This document shows, one piece after another, positions 13,510 to 26,505 of a stretch of DNA of 64,000 nucleotides. The notes beneath the pieces are model-generated. The model was given only the letters and a program-made list of their open reading frames with translations. It ran no database searches and had not been told where the DNA came from. The stretch is from Mobula hypostoma. Its lineage: Eukaryota. Position 1 is the first letter of the stretch, and the number at the start of each line of letters is the position of its first letter. The stretch is taken from NCBI RefSeq assembly GCF_963921235.1, contig NC_086118.1, positions 15,006,001 to 15,070,000 on the forward strand, in the 5' to 3' direction. Both the position numbers and the translations under genes were made by a program.

Positions 13510-13775
13510 GGTTTGGGTCAGGGTTAGAGAGAGGGGGAAAAATTAAACAGGGATCTGAGAGGGAAGTTTTTCCACACTGTGCGCGATGTGTATATGGAAA
13601 GAGGTGCCAGAGGAAGTGTTAGAGATGGGTACTATAATGATGTTTAAAACATTCATTTGGACAGGTTCATGGATGGGAAAAACTTAGAGCAATGCCGAAA
13701 AATGGAAATACCTCAATTTGTTTACTTAGTCAGCATGGATGAGTAGGGCCGAAGGGCCTGTTTCCATGTTATATA
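13510..13775 (+). mobile_element. CR1 3'-end fragment
   Basis: Ends gggccgaagggcctgtttccatg like the other CR1 3' ends in the window. Confidence 0.65.
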
Positions 13776-16384
13776 GCCCTACCTTAAGTAAACAATAGTA
13801 ACAATAAGCCAAAATATGTAAACTTAAATACTCCAAGTAACTAATGATTAGACCCCTTAGACAGAGGAATGATGCATTCAATCCAAGGTTAATAGAAGGT
13901 TCACTTCCAATGAAATTTGCCCCAGATCAGCTTGTGCTTGCTAGTAGCATTGTCCCACTTTCCTTCTCCAAATCGTGCCTTGAAAGTTGGACAGATGGTA
14001 ACTCAGGCCCGACTTTACGATCCTTGGAGTCTGGAGTCCATGCGCCTCTGAAAAAAAGCCTCAGAAAGTAAAGCCTCTGTTGGCTCTTTCATCAACCACT
14101 CCAAAGTATTCATGAGCTTTAAATATTTACAGCAGTGCTGAAGAATTTTATCTCTTGCCAATTTTTGCTCATCAACATCTTTATTCACTTTCAGATTCAC
14201 GACAGCACCAGCTTTAAAAATGTAGAACATCTGTCAAATAACTTCATAAAATGGGAATATTCTTGGGAAACAATCCATTTATAGCTTGTTGTTAGAACCC
14301 ACATACAAAATATTGCTTTTGATTGGACAGTAACACTGAGAGAAATCTGCTCAGCTAATTTCATGTTTGCAAATAGTTCCAGCCCTAAAAGGGCATATAA
14401 CATCACTCTCCTCAATGAAAAGCAACAATAGCTACTTCAAATACTCTGAAAATAAAATCACTACCCTACACATTTTTTTATTTAAAAGGTACATGCTATT
14501 ATCTCCAACAATGATGTTTCACACTTAGGACAACAGATGCTGTTGAGATTTTCAGATATCAGGGCAATTTTAAGTTGCTTGAAATAAATGATTGAAGGCA
14601 GAATCTACTTCGGTGTAACCATTGTTAGCCAAATATTATTGATGTCTGAAAGCGTACTGTTGTCATCTTACTGAAGTTTCATTTCTAAAGTTAAACACGT
14701 GCAAAAAGGATGCCCAAGATGATGTCAATATGGATTTCTTATTCATTTATAGATGTGAAACTGACAGTTGAGGAACAAAAAAAGATTGGCTTCCAGCCAA
14801 AACTATGTTCTGTCAGAAAGTCATTCTTTTATAAAACTTCAAAGTAGTAACTTACCTTTCCAGAATTTAATCAAAAATTGATACTTTTGCCCTAGGTAAG
14901 ATTCAAATGACAAGAAGCTGCTGCATTTCTTGCTGGAGACGCATTTCATTGTTAGTTAATAAGTGAGGGTTGGGACAGTCTATTTGCTAAGCCATTTGCA
15001 ACTCCAAATGCAGATGCAGAGGGTTGCCAATCCATCTGACTGAAGCTGTAATAGCCAGGAATTAATGATCAATTTCCAAAACACAGAAGTAACAAATAGT
15101 GGAAAATCATAACACTATACAAACGTGGTGTCTTCTACATTGATTGGAGACAATTAAGTCACATAATGAGTAATAGGTCCAGGGTTGACAACCACACTGA
15201 CGTGAAGGGCGTAGAGCATTAGAAGAAACATCAAAAGGGTCAAGGTAATGAATAGGACGTGATGCAATTCGAGAGACAAATTCTTCCAGGCATTTTGCAT
15301 TTTGTCCAAACACCTTCAAAAAAGCCAAGGCAGGAAATGTTATTTACAGCACAAAAATTATACATGAGCAACTGTAAGACTAGGCATCTCATTCTTGTTT
15401 AGTGTTTACTACCAAGAAAGACGGTCTATGTGCACTCTGCCATTCTTCAACACGGTAGCTTGGTGCAGACAGGCTTGATGATCCCGTCTGATTGATACCA
15501 TGTCTAATGTTTTTGTTTAAAAACACCTAATTTAGTTGTTTAGCTTAAAGATTTCTGGACATGTAAAGGTCCCCTTTTCTTTCCTGAAGTCAAAAATTCT
15601 TTTCCTCCTTCCTCTTAACCACATGACCAATTTTTGTATAACCTGCAAACTTTCATCATTTGACATACCATAATAAAATTCAAGGGACTGAAAGCAGGGA
15701 CTCGAGGAATCTCACTGACAAAGCTTCCAATCACAAAAGACATCAATCATTATCCTCGGCTTCCAATTACTGAGCCAACTGTGGTTCCACTCTCCTTTGG
15801 GACATATGCACATTAGCTTTTTGACAGCCTACTATGTAGACTCAACCATAATGCTTTCAATTAATTCTCCCCAATCAAGTTTTGTTATTCAACATTCTCC
15901 TAACAAATCCACGCTAACTGCCCTTGATTGATCTGTTGTACTGAATTGTTTTATATTGCCCCTTGGAAAGAATTCCAATAATTTGCTTATTTCCCAGGTT
16001 AAACTATTTGGCCCACAATTATTTTGTTTACCCCTCCCTTCCTTGTATAACAACAAGCTACAATACTGACAATTCCTTAGCACCTCTATTTTGCCTAGAA
16101 TGAATAAAATAATCAAATTCTGTGCAATTTGCTTTGTTTCATTTATGCTCAACTCTTTCATATTTATTCACTGTTTTCATTCCATCCAATATTTGTATTC
16201 CATACAATGGCAACGCTTGTGTAAGGTAGCTCCAAAAGACCAACTAATAATTCAATCTACATTCTTCACCTCTACTCACACGTTATCCTTTTGATGCCCA
16301 ACTGGTCCTCCTCTTTCTTAGTGATAGTATTCCCTTTAATATACTTAAAAATTACCTTTGAATTTATTATATTCTTCAAATTAT

Positions 16385-16890
16385 TAGGAGTTTGAGGTCA
16401 GTTGATATGACACTAAAGACCAAAATGCACAATGGAGAGTATTCTGACTGGCTGCATCACCATCTGGTATAAAGCAGCCAATACACAGGATCATGAGAGG
16501 CTTCAGAAGGTTGTAGCCTCAGCCAATCCATCACAGGCACAAGCTTCCCTATCACTGAGGGTATCTTTAAAAGGTGGTAACTCAAGAAGGTAAACAGCCA
16601 TCATGAAGGACCCTCACTAGCTGGGACATGCCCTCTTCACATCACTACCATGAAGGACGAGGGAGGAGGTATCAGAGCCTGAAGACAAACACTCAACAGG
16701 AAGAGTTTGTTTTTGCCCTTCTACCATCAGATTTCTGAATGGTCCATGAACTCATGAACACTACCACACTACCCTCCTCTTGTACTTCTTTATTATTGTA
16801 ACTTCTAGTGATCTGTTATGTCTGCAATTTACTACTGCCACAAAACAACAAATTTCATGACTTATGTCAGTGACAATAAACCTGATTATC
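16385..16890 (+). mobile_element. Rex1-type 3' fragment
   Basis: ESILTGCITIWY..QKVV remnants. 3' UTR ends gacaataaacctgatt. Confidence 0.7.
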
Positions 16891-17278
16891 ATATATAAAA
16901 TAGTCCACAATACACACTATGGATTTTGCACTTGCAGCAAGTTTACACTTCAATTCATCTCGGACTGTTCAGGGGCCTATACGCATTCAAAACACAATAG
17001 GTGAATGCTCCAAGGCATATAATTTCATTTCACAACCCATCCAACACAGAGCTTCCTCTCACAGTTGTAAAACTTTCTTGACCAATAATGTCACCAGTCC
17101 CCACCCTTTGTCCAGTTTTATATGCAATTAAATGCTTCAAAGTCACCTTTGCAAGGGAAATTTCCTGCTCCTCAAACACGAAGTACCTAACTGAACCACC
17201 AAGGTGTTATGTTGTTGGCCCTGGCTGTTCTTCCCAAGAGCCAAATATTGGGCTAGAAAACTACTTTGTTCTTAATAT

Positions 17279-17493
17279 CAAAGTTGCTGGTGAATGCAGC
17301 AGGCTAGGCAGCATCTCTAGGAAGAGGTACAGTTGACGTTTCAGGCCGAGACCCTTCGTCAGTCCTGATGAAGGGTCTCGGCCTGAAACGTCAACTGTAC
17401 CTCTTCCTAGAGATGCTGCCTGGCCTGCTGCGTTCGCCAGCAACTTTGATGTGTGTTGTTTGAATTTCCAGCATCTGCAGAATTCCTCGTGCT
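17279..17493. mobile_element. Palindromic PLE-derived mini-element (two head-to-head pLTR ends), 14-bp TSD
   Basis: ~85-bp arms 17277-17362 and 17365-17450 are near-perfect reverse complements. TTTGTTCTTAATAT at 17265-17278 and 17494-17507. Confidence 0.88.
17360..17397 (+). ncRNA. Minimal type I hammerhead ribozyme motif (PLE pLTR); mirror core on the minus strand at 17335-17362
   Basis: CAGTC-CTGATGA-AGGGTCTCGGCCT-GAAAC-GTC-AACTG. Core intact, one mismatch in stem I. Confidence 0.6.
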
Positions 17494-17549
17494 TTTGTTC
17501 TTAATATGTCTCCCTGAAAGTCATATGCATTCCCTCTCACATGCACCTT

Positions 17550-18200
17550 CAGAATCATGCACCTTGAAAACAGGCCATTCAGCTCAACACATCAACCTTG
17601 ACTAGTAGGCACCTAACCCATTTGTATTAACCCTAACTCTAGCACTCAGCCCCAGCCTTCTCAGCCTAAACAATTCACAAGCTGATCCAGATACTTCCTA
17701 AATGCTGTTACTGACTGCTCCCACCCTTCTTTTAGGCAGTGTATTTCAGGGATCCATCACTCTGTGAAAAGGTCCCCCTCTCATCCCCTCTAAGTCTCCT
17801 CCTTTTATCCAAATCTGTATCCTCTAGTTTTATCTACCCCTTACTGTATAGGAGGAATAGTTTCCTGGAGACCTCTCAATTTTACATACCTCAACTTTCT
17901 CTGATCCAGGGAAAGTAGACCCACGTTCTCCAGTCTCTCCATAAAAATGAAGTGCTCCAGCCCAGTCAATATCCTCAGCACTTTCTCCAGCTCATTGTTC
18001 CTATTTTGCGGTGTCCAGAACTGCTCAAGGTACTCCAGCTAAGGTCTGACCAATGTTTTATAAACATGGAGGATAACTTTCCTGTTTGTGTATTCAATGC
18101 CTTGACTATGAAGACTGGAATCTCCCAAGCCTCCTTAACCACATTATCTACCCAACACTGTCACCTTAAAAGATCTTTCAATTTGTACACCACCTTGTCC
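17550..18200 (-). mobile_element. Decayed CR1 3' fragment
   Basis: Similar to the 4603-5200 region (ccagaactg..tactccag, aggccattcagc tail). Confidence 0.6.
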
Positions 18201-20744
18201 TTTGTGGTGAACTTTTACCAAAAAAAAGCCCATCCTCACAAACAGAACTCTAAACTCCAGAGCTCAGCCAACCTCAGCTGAAGTTTCCTCTTCTGCAGGT
18301 AGTTGCCCCAGGTACAGAAAATATCTTGGATTTCCCACATGCCAGAGGTTTGAGTGTCCCTACCATACTACTACTTTTTAGGTTAAGTCACTAAGTGGAA
18401 GGCATGCAAATACTTTAGTGTTGGTGCATCGCTTGTTCTTCGGGAATGAACTGAAACCTGGCTAACAGTACAATACATTTTCATCTCTAGTCTGCAAATG
18501 TAGATCAGAGTGCAGAAATCATTGCACATCAAGACTGACCATATATCCTTTCACATCTGCTCAGAACAACTCAAATAAGAGATCATTGGCTGCAGAAATA
18601 ATATTTAAGACATTACGTCTTGCTAAAAGTTAAGTAAAAGAAAGAAGACAATTCAGAAATGACGTGAAAATAGGAATCTTTGCATTGTTGTACCAACTGA
18701 ATTGATATTCTGCCTACATGGCCTCATTTCCTCAATATTAACAATAATGATAATATTATGTCATTCAAAACATGAATGCCCTCAACATCTTAACAATATT
18801 TAAACGAATTGTCCATCTGTTTTGTTAAAAATGTCACTGCCTGCTTCAAGCCATGCAAAAAACAAATCACAAATAATGAGTAACTAACCGGGAGTAACTA
18901 TTGACCATTTGCACATTCAAATTCCTATTTTAGAAATTAAAATAAGCCCCCATCATCTGGCTTACTGTACTATGAAATATATTTTCTTCATAGCACAATT
19001 AGCAACAAGACGAAGGAATACTTAAGGTATCTCCAGAGTCCTCAGACACTTCTCCATTCCCCAAATTTGGAATTCTGCATGGGGCTCTATTCTTTCCTAT
19101 AAGAGCTTCACTCCTGCTGTCTGTACAGAAATATAAAATTTTGTTCAATTAGTTAGCTCTACCCTTCCAATGGCACTGGATCCTCAAACACATACAGGAA
19201 ATTACATTTCTGAAGTTTTATTCCCCTTTATCCTTCAGCCTTTTACTGCTCCTCTTGCTGAGTGGCTGTGTTTTTTGACCTCCATCTTAACACAGAAATG
19301 GTTGCACTGAGAAAGTCACTGCCTTACTATTTCACTAGCACACATAACCCATTCCAGAAACATCATTATGGATTTTGTGCCAATTCACAAGCCATATTTT
19401 CAAGTTTATCACCAACGTCATAAGGTAACACATGAAAAATAGGAGGAATAGATGTAAACTCCCCCTCTCCCCCAAAAAGCCATTCAGTTGGGTAATCTGA
19501 ACATGCGTATTGGCTCAGTTTTGCTGCCTGAGTTACATCATCCTTAATACCACTCCAATCCAAAATTCTCTCACAACCTTGAATATGGTAAAAGTGATTA
19601 CTTAAGTGTTTAGTGGTGAGATGAGATTACAACTCCCTTTTTTCCCCTTCCCCCTTCCTTCAATTGTTGGGAAGATAGTGTAGTAGATAATAATTTTTGC
19701 AAGACCCTCATATGATTCCAAACAAATCCAGTAGAATTTCTCTGTTTGCTCTTGCTGCACAGCTGACTGCTGCAAAGGAATAAAATTGCCCAGAAAGAAA
19801 AGGAGAAGGGATAGCTTTCCCTGAGAATTACAATCAATGCAGCACACGCCGATGAGTGTTTGGAACCAAACAAAAGACCAAGCAAAATAAAATCATCAGC
19901 ATCTTTAAAGGCAAACAGCCAGAAATGAATGTGTGCTTAGCTTCAGAGATGGTGGTGGCATATCTTAGCTAAGTACCAGCAGTACCACTAACGGCTGACT
20001 GTACCTAACAAAGAGAGCGATTCAAAACAATAAAGGCTTTTTTTTAAAGCATTGTCATCAGAGGCTGGATGCAAGCCAACACCCATAGCAAATGAAATAA
20101 TAAGGAACATTGAGCTCAGCCAGGGTTATACAACAGATGGAATTCCAACAAAACAAGAAAACTGCTATAATTTAGGAAATCTATCATTGGTGTTGACAAA
20201 GTTAAGTTGATCATTGAGATTTGTCAACCAATTTATAATGTTTCCAAATGAGAGGGAACAGATGAAGCATTAACGTAAATTAGATTTGCACAGTCAGAGT
20301 AAGTTCCAAGGTCACGACTGTGATGCTCTACGGTTTCCTGTTGTATCCCATTTTTGGGGAAACTGTTCACATTAGGGTACGAGTTCCCCGTTTTCTTTGC
20401 CACAAAGTTTGCTCATTTTCCATTTGCATACAAGCTGAAGACTGTAGTCATTCCACAGTCTTTTGAAGGTAGCATAATGCCTTTGCTTGCAAAGGCCCAG
20501 GAGTCCGATCATCAGGTTAATGACCCACTCATTTGAGACAAGGCAATTCTAAGCTCCACTGCACTGTTCAGGCAAAGATTTAAATCAGTCTTTTTTTTAA
20601 CCTGTTTCCTACACAAGACCATAAGAATAAAATCAGGCTATTCAACCCATTAAGTCTCACCACCATTCATTCATAGCTCATGTTGTTTTCCAGTTCCATT
20701 CTCCTGTGTTCTTCCCAAAACCCTTAACCTCTATTCACTTCACG

Positions 20745-21105
20745 GAATTAGATTTAATATCACCAGCAAATGTCGTGAAATTGGTATTTATGTGGCAACA
20801 GTACATAATAGTGAAACTGAATTACAGCAAATATATTTATATATTTTTAAAACTGTAATTCACAGTGTGTGTCTTCAGGCTTCTGTACCTCTTCCCTGAA
20901 GGTAGCAATGAGAAGAGGGCATGTCCTGGGTGATGGGGGTCTTTAACGATGGATGCCGCCTTTTAGAGGCATCGCTCCTTGAAGATGTCCTGGATGCTTT
21001 GGAGGCTAGTGCCCATGATGGAGCTGACTGAGTTCACAACTTTCCGCAGCTTCTTTCGATCCTACGCAGTGGCCTCTTCCCCTCATACCAGGCAGTGATG
21101 CAGCC
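20745..21105 (-). mobile_element. Rex1-type 3' fragment with internal deletion
   Basis: Reverse complement matches 960-1430 (ggctgcatcactgcctggtatg, cagctccatcatgggcactagcctcc, ctcttctcattgctacc). Confidence 0.75.
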
Positions 21106-22189
21106 ATAAATACACCCAATGAATTGACATCCACAGTGCTCTATGGCAATAAATTCCGCAGATTCCCCAGCTTGTGCCTGTGCTGGTGAGCGGACAAAGC
21201 GTGGATTAGAGGGATATGGACAGGATTAGAGTGGCACAGGCACAGTGAGACAAAGAGACTGCTCCCGTGCTGTTACCTCAGAACGTGAGACAGGGCAACG
21301 ATTTGACACAGATTTGTGGTATAAAACACAGCACATACAAGCACAAACAGGATTGCGCAGTTTGCATTTTATTTTATGTGCAAAGTGAACAGATTTTGGC
21401 TTTACCCAAAACAGACTATTTCTGGGTCGATCCAGACAGCCTCAAACTTCCTTCATTTACCAGCTGTACAGTACATGACGTCACTAACTTTCAGTTGCCA
21501 CACAAACACAAGTTGCATTAGGAAACTCCAATCCCCATGGAAACTAGGAACACATTGTGCTAGTTTGTACCTTTTCTTACTATTTAAACAGACACTCTGC
21601 TGACATTGGGAGATTTCACTGAGTAACTGCAGAAATGATTGCAGGCTTGGGCAATCCATGTTCACTCCTGACCTCTGGGTGCCGAGTTTATGAAATATAC
21701 ATGTTCTCCTCATTACTGCATGATTTGATTTCTGCCCACACTCCAAAAATATGCTGATAGTTTAATTCGCTGCTGTAGATTGGCCTAAATGAAGTAGGGT
21801 GGCTGGAAAATTAGTGGGGAGTTGTGGGCATGTGAGAGAGAATATATACTGCAAAATAATTGGAGACATGACACTGATATTTTCACCATAGAATTGATGA
21901 GCCAAATGATGCCCTTCAAGATGATGAGAGAAGTATGAGAAATGAGACTTGTCAAAAAGGTTCCACAGACTACAGAGTGCATTAGAGCTAATGGTTTCTT
22001 CCAATATTTAGTTTCTGAGATACCCATTCAGTAGTTGCACCAGTTGTTACTAGAAGAGTTCTAAAGGCCATGGCTGGCCCCTCTAGAAAGGCAAGTGAGG
22101 CATAAAACATGCCCAGCGCAAAAAATGTCACTACCTAGACTGTTTCAAAGATCTTACTTGAACCTCTCTAATGAATAATATATTTACAA

Positions 22190-23860
22190 TAGAACAGAAC
22201 TTTATTGGCATTACTCAAGACAAGGGGATTGCAATGCTACTCCAGTCCATGCAAAACAGATATTTACAATGTATGCAGCATGGCTTAATTAAAAAATTAA
22301 TTCCTTATTTACATACAATAAGTAACTTTGATAGTCCACAACACAAGGTCATTGGCAAGCCAGGGTGTAGCATTATTCAGCTGAACAATAGCCCTCGGGA
22401 AGAAGTTGTTCAGTCTTACTGTCTGGCCAAGGTGTTTCTGCATCTCCTGCCAGATGGCATGATATTGGACAGAGTGTCCGGGATAAGATGGGTTTTTAAT
22501 GATGTTATGAGAATGCTGTTAGTATCGAGAGTTGTAGATTGTCTCCAAGTCCCATAGTTGTCCCAATGATGTGCTGAGCCATCTTAATCACCCGTCGGGG
22601 TGCTCTGTGATCTGTTTTGCTGCAGCTAGAATACTGCACTGTCATCCCAGATGTTCCTATGTTCTCTATTGCACATCGATAAAAGTTGGTCAGCAATTTT
22701 TGGGGCAGATTAGTCTCCTTAAGCACCTCAGGTAGTATAGTCACTTTTGTGCCTTCCCTACTATCAAGGTTGTGTTGACAGACCAAGAGAGCTCCTCGTT
22801 GATGATCATCCCCAAGAACTTGAAATGGTAAACCCTTTCCATACCTCACCATTCATAAATAGTGGGGCTTGATCAGGACACCTTGCCTTCCAGTAGTGAA
22901 TTATGATTTCTTTTGTCTGGTGATAACTGATAGGTTTGGTTCTGACACTAATTGGATAGCTTTAGCACCTCCTCTCCATATGCAGTTTCATGGTTGTTGG
23001 GATCAAGTGAGTGCAGTCAGAGATGAAAAGAGAGTACAGAAGTGGGCTCAGTCCCTTGCAGGCACTAGTGTTCTGAGTTGCGAGGGGAGGGAGGTGCGTT
23101 GAAGTGCACTTGTCTAGTTTCACTGTCTGGGTACAATTAGAGAGGAAGACCAGGATCCAATTTCAGATTGATATGCTGAGAACTAGATTCTGGATCTTGA
23201 CAGACAGCTTGTTCGGTAGTATGGTGTTAAAGGCCAAGTTGTAATCAATGAAAACCATCCCGACTTGGGTGTCTTTGTGCTCCAGGTGCTCCAAGATAAA
23301 ATGGCGTCTTCAGTTGATCTATTGGCCTTGTAGGCAAACTGGTGGTGGTCTAAGGTAACACACACAAAATGTGAAGGAACTCAGCAGGCCGGGCAGAATC
23401 TAGCCAAAGGGTTTTGGCCTGAAATATCACCTGTACTTTTTTCCTAGGTGCTGCCTGGCCTGATGAGTTCCTCCAGCATTTTGTGTGTGTTGCTCAGATT
23501 TCCAGCATCTGCAGATTTTCTCTTGTTTGTGACTGGTCTAAGGTAGCCAGGATTATGTCCTTGATTTGGGACATGACCAACTTTTCCAAGCACTTGGCAA
23601 CTATGGGAGTGAGTGCCACCAGTCTGTTGTCATTAGAACATTTTGCTACCGATGTCTTGTGATGAGAATGATGGTTCCTGCTTTGAAACATGTTGGAACC
23701 TTAGCCTGGGACAGTAAGACTTTGTACATACACATCAGAACTTCCACCAGTTCGTCAGTGCAGTCCCTGAAAACCTGTCCAGGTACGCTGGCCACTCTGC
23801 ACGCATTGACATTATGGAGTACATGCCGGAGTTCACTGACTCAGATTCTCCACAGCCATT
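22190..23860 (-). mobile_element. Rex1/Babar-type element, decayed RT, interrupted by a PLE mini-element
   Basis: LVALTPIVAKCLEKLVM, LD.HQFAYKANRSTEDAI, LLTNFYRCAIENI.TSGMTV.Y. Confidence 0.8.
23358..23533. mobile_element. Palindromic PLE-derived mini-element, 12-bp TSD
   Basis: Inverted arms (acacacacaaaatg..ggaactcagcaggcc / ggcctgatgagttcc..cattttgtgtgtgt). TGGTCTAAGGTA at 23346-23357 and 23534-23545. Confidence 0.8.
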
Positions 23861-26425
23861 ACAAATATCTGATGTTCTATGGAAAATCCTTCAGGTAGAC
23901 TCATCTCTGGGCTTCATTGGTCAACACCATTTTAGCTCTCAATTTGCTTATCACACATCTCCACCATGTCTCTCAGTGTGCACCTCACTGTTACTTAGAG
24001 AGGTCACCCAGGCCCTGAATTTCTGAAAAAAATAGCTATGATTTCAATGGGCAAGTAGGTGGTAATTCAGGCAATGAAGTGTGACAACACTGCTGAATGC
24101 AGCCAATCACCACAACCATGTGGTGGCTCCTTTTAATCATCAAACATTTCATTAAAAAAAATTTCCTCTCACTCAATCTATAGGTTACTGAGGCTCATAG
24201 GAAGAATATTCCAATGGTAACATTTCCAGAACCCTTTGATGACTTCTCACTGAGAGTCAGCAGAATGAAGAAGGGTCTTGGCCCAAAACGTTGACTGTTT
24301 ATTCCTCTCCGTAGGTGCTGCCTGACTTGCGGGGTTCCTCCAGTGTGCGTTCATTGCAGCAGAATGAAACACTGTTTGTAAGAAATATGACAGGCAAACG
24401 GGTAAGTATCTCTATTGCCCATTTACCAAGAGGAGGATGATCTCCGCTGGCCTTGTGAGCTAATGAACTGCACACCTGTCTGCTTTGGGAGGGGTGGTGT
24501 GAGAGTCCACTTAAAAGTGCTGGCATCCTTCTGAATGCAACGCACCCCACCATCCTCTCAATTTGGATTTTGGCCAATTTCATGATTTTATTTTGCTGAG
24601 GACTGAGTTGGTCTTTAACCTGAAGAAGCCAAATTTCAACAGACCAGGAGAAGGTCTATTCCAACCCAAATTCCATATGTTCTTTTGTTCATCTTGATGT
24701 TTCTAAAAGTTATGTGTTAATGATAGAAGAGAGCAGTTGACATGGATTTACAATATAATGCAATACCTTGTCAAGCAGACTCAACATTGGAACTTCCAAA
24801 GTATTAGTCTGTGAAACCTTTTTATGATCTACAGACTAAACACTTCCTTTAGATTGAAGTAAATGTAGATAACTCATTCCTGAAACTCAGCCAAAAGCTC
24901 AGTTATAAACTACAAATCCACCCATGATTGTGGTTTACAAAGTGCCTGAAGAAAACATTAAGTTGGTGAACTTGGGGTCATATTTCCCAGAAGAACATAA
25001 TTTGCAATTACAGACCAACAGGCCCTACAGCAGGATTTAAATTAAAACCTATTTGAGACAGAACCAAACTTTTCAGATAACAATGAAAGGTTTTATAACA
25101 TATTTAAAAACTGCCACAAGCATTCTCTTGATTGGCACAAGTGTATGGACCAATACAATTTTGTACCACCCAAAGACAAAGAGATAGAGACACTAGTTAA
25201 GCGACTGCAGTAGATTATGACCATAGGTGTAAAATTCCAAGAAATATTGGTTCATCATTGAACATAAGTATCAAATACACAATCATAATCAAATGAAGGA
25301 TGTATTTGGATTCTGTTTAGTTATCTGCATCTAGGGGCCTCACTCAGCTGCAAGTTGAGGTCAGTTAGCAGTTGGATTAGATTAAATAAATACAAAGACA
25401 AATTAAATTAGAAATTATCCAACTGGTCAATTGCCAGAAATTCTCACCAGCTGGGTGTTGGACACTTGTTAACTGTGCTCATACAGCACTGGTTCTTTGG
25501 AAAAAAAGATTTATATTTTATGATCATTAATGATAGACCTTACAATTATTTCAATCATTTTAAAACACTCCAGATATTAGTTTCAATCAGTTACTTAAAG
25601 GACATCACTGCAAAGATGAGATATTTTTGCCCTTGCAAAAAGCAAGATGATTTCTGGCAGAACAGGATTCAAAATATCACAATTTTTCATTTCAGGTGTT
25701 TACTTAAAGTATAATGGAAATATGTAAAAATAGAACATTAAAACTTCCATGGAGGAGAATGGATAAATGCAGTGCAGAGACAATTAACTATCAACATTGG
25801 ACTGAAAACTGTTTCAAGCTCCACTGAAATTCCTAGAAACTCTTAAACCATTAATGTACGTGTTCATGGGCCTTACCACTTGTGTAGGTATTGACATAGT
25901 ACTTCCGACCCTGTGGTGACATGTAGCACTGCCAACCATGTGGCAAGGGTGAGTGAGCCATCTCCTCAATTGTCTGAGCGCTTACTGGTGTAGGTTTCTG
26001 TCAGAAAAAACACAGACATTCAGTTATTTCAATCTTCTGACTTGCACGCAAAGCATTGATTCCCACATAGTAAATGTAATTGATTTTTCTAAACCCAATA
26101 ATAGATCGCATCCCATTTACAACCACATTCAAGCTCTCCCCTGCAAATAAATAGTAAGTGACAATTCAATCAAATTCAAGTCAATTTAAAAAAGATTGAA
26201 TTTGTGATTGTCTAAGATTATTAAATCAACCTGAAGAATGGGCTGTTTTGATGTAGTCAGATGTTCAACAATTTCAAGCAATCCATCACTATTTTTGTCA
26301 TGGCAAGTGAGGTTATAAAAAGGATCTGACATTGACCAACATTTTTTTTTGCCCCAATGTTTCATTTTCATTGGTAGCATGGATTACGCTGTCTAGTGAC
26401 TATTTATTGCTAAATTGCCTTACAA

Positions 26426-26505
26426 CAGGAATTCCCAACCTGAGCTCCACAGACCACTTGGCTCATAGCAAGGTTCCAGGGCATAAAAAAGGTTGGGAAC
26501 CCCTG
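26426..26505. mobile_element. 80-bp hAT (Charlie-like) MITE
   Basis: CAGGAATTCCCAACCT / AGGTTGGGAACCCCTG TIRs. 8-bp TSD CCTTACAA / CCTTAAGA. Second copy at 51213-51294. Confidence 0.75.

Noticed and set aside
14015..14415. 71-72 aa minus-strand ORFs as host exons
   Set aside because: No recognisable domain and no convincing splice-site pair.
19366..19563. 65-aa protein-like ORF
   Set aside because: Non-ATG start and no family recognised; the length is within chance expectation.
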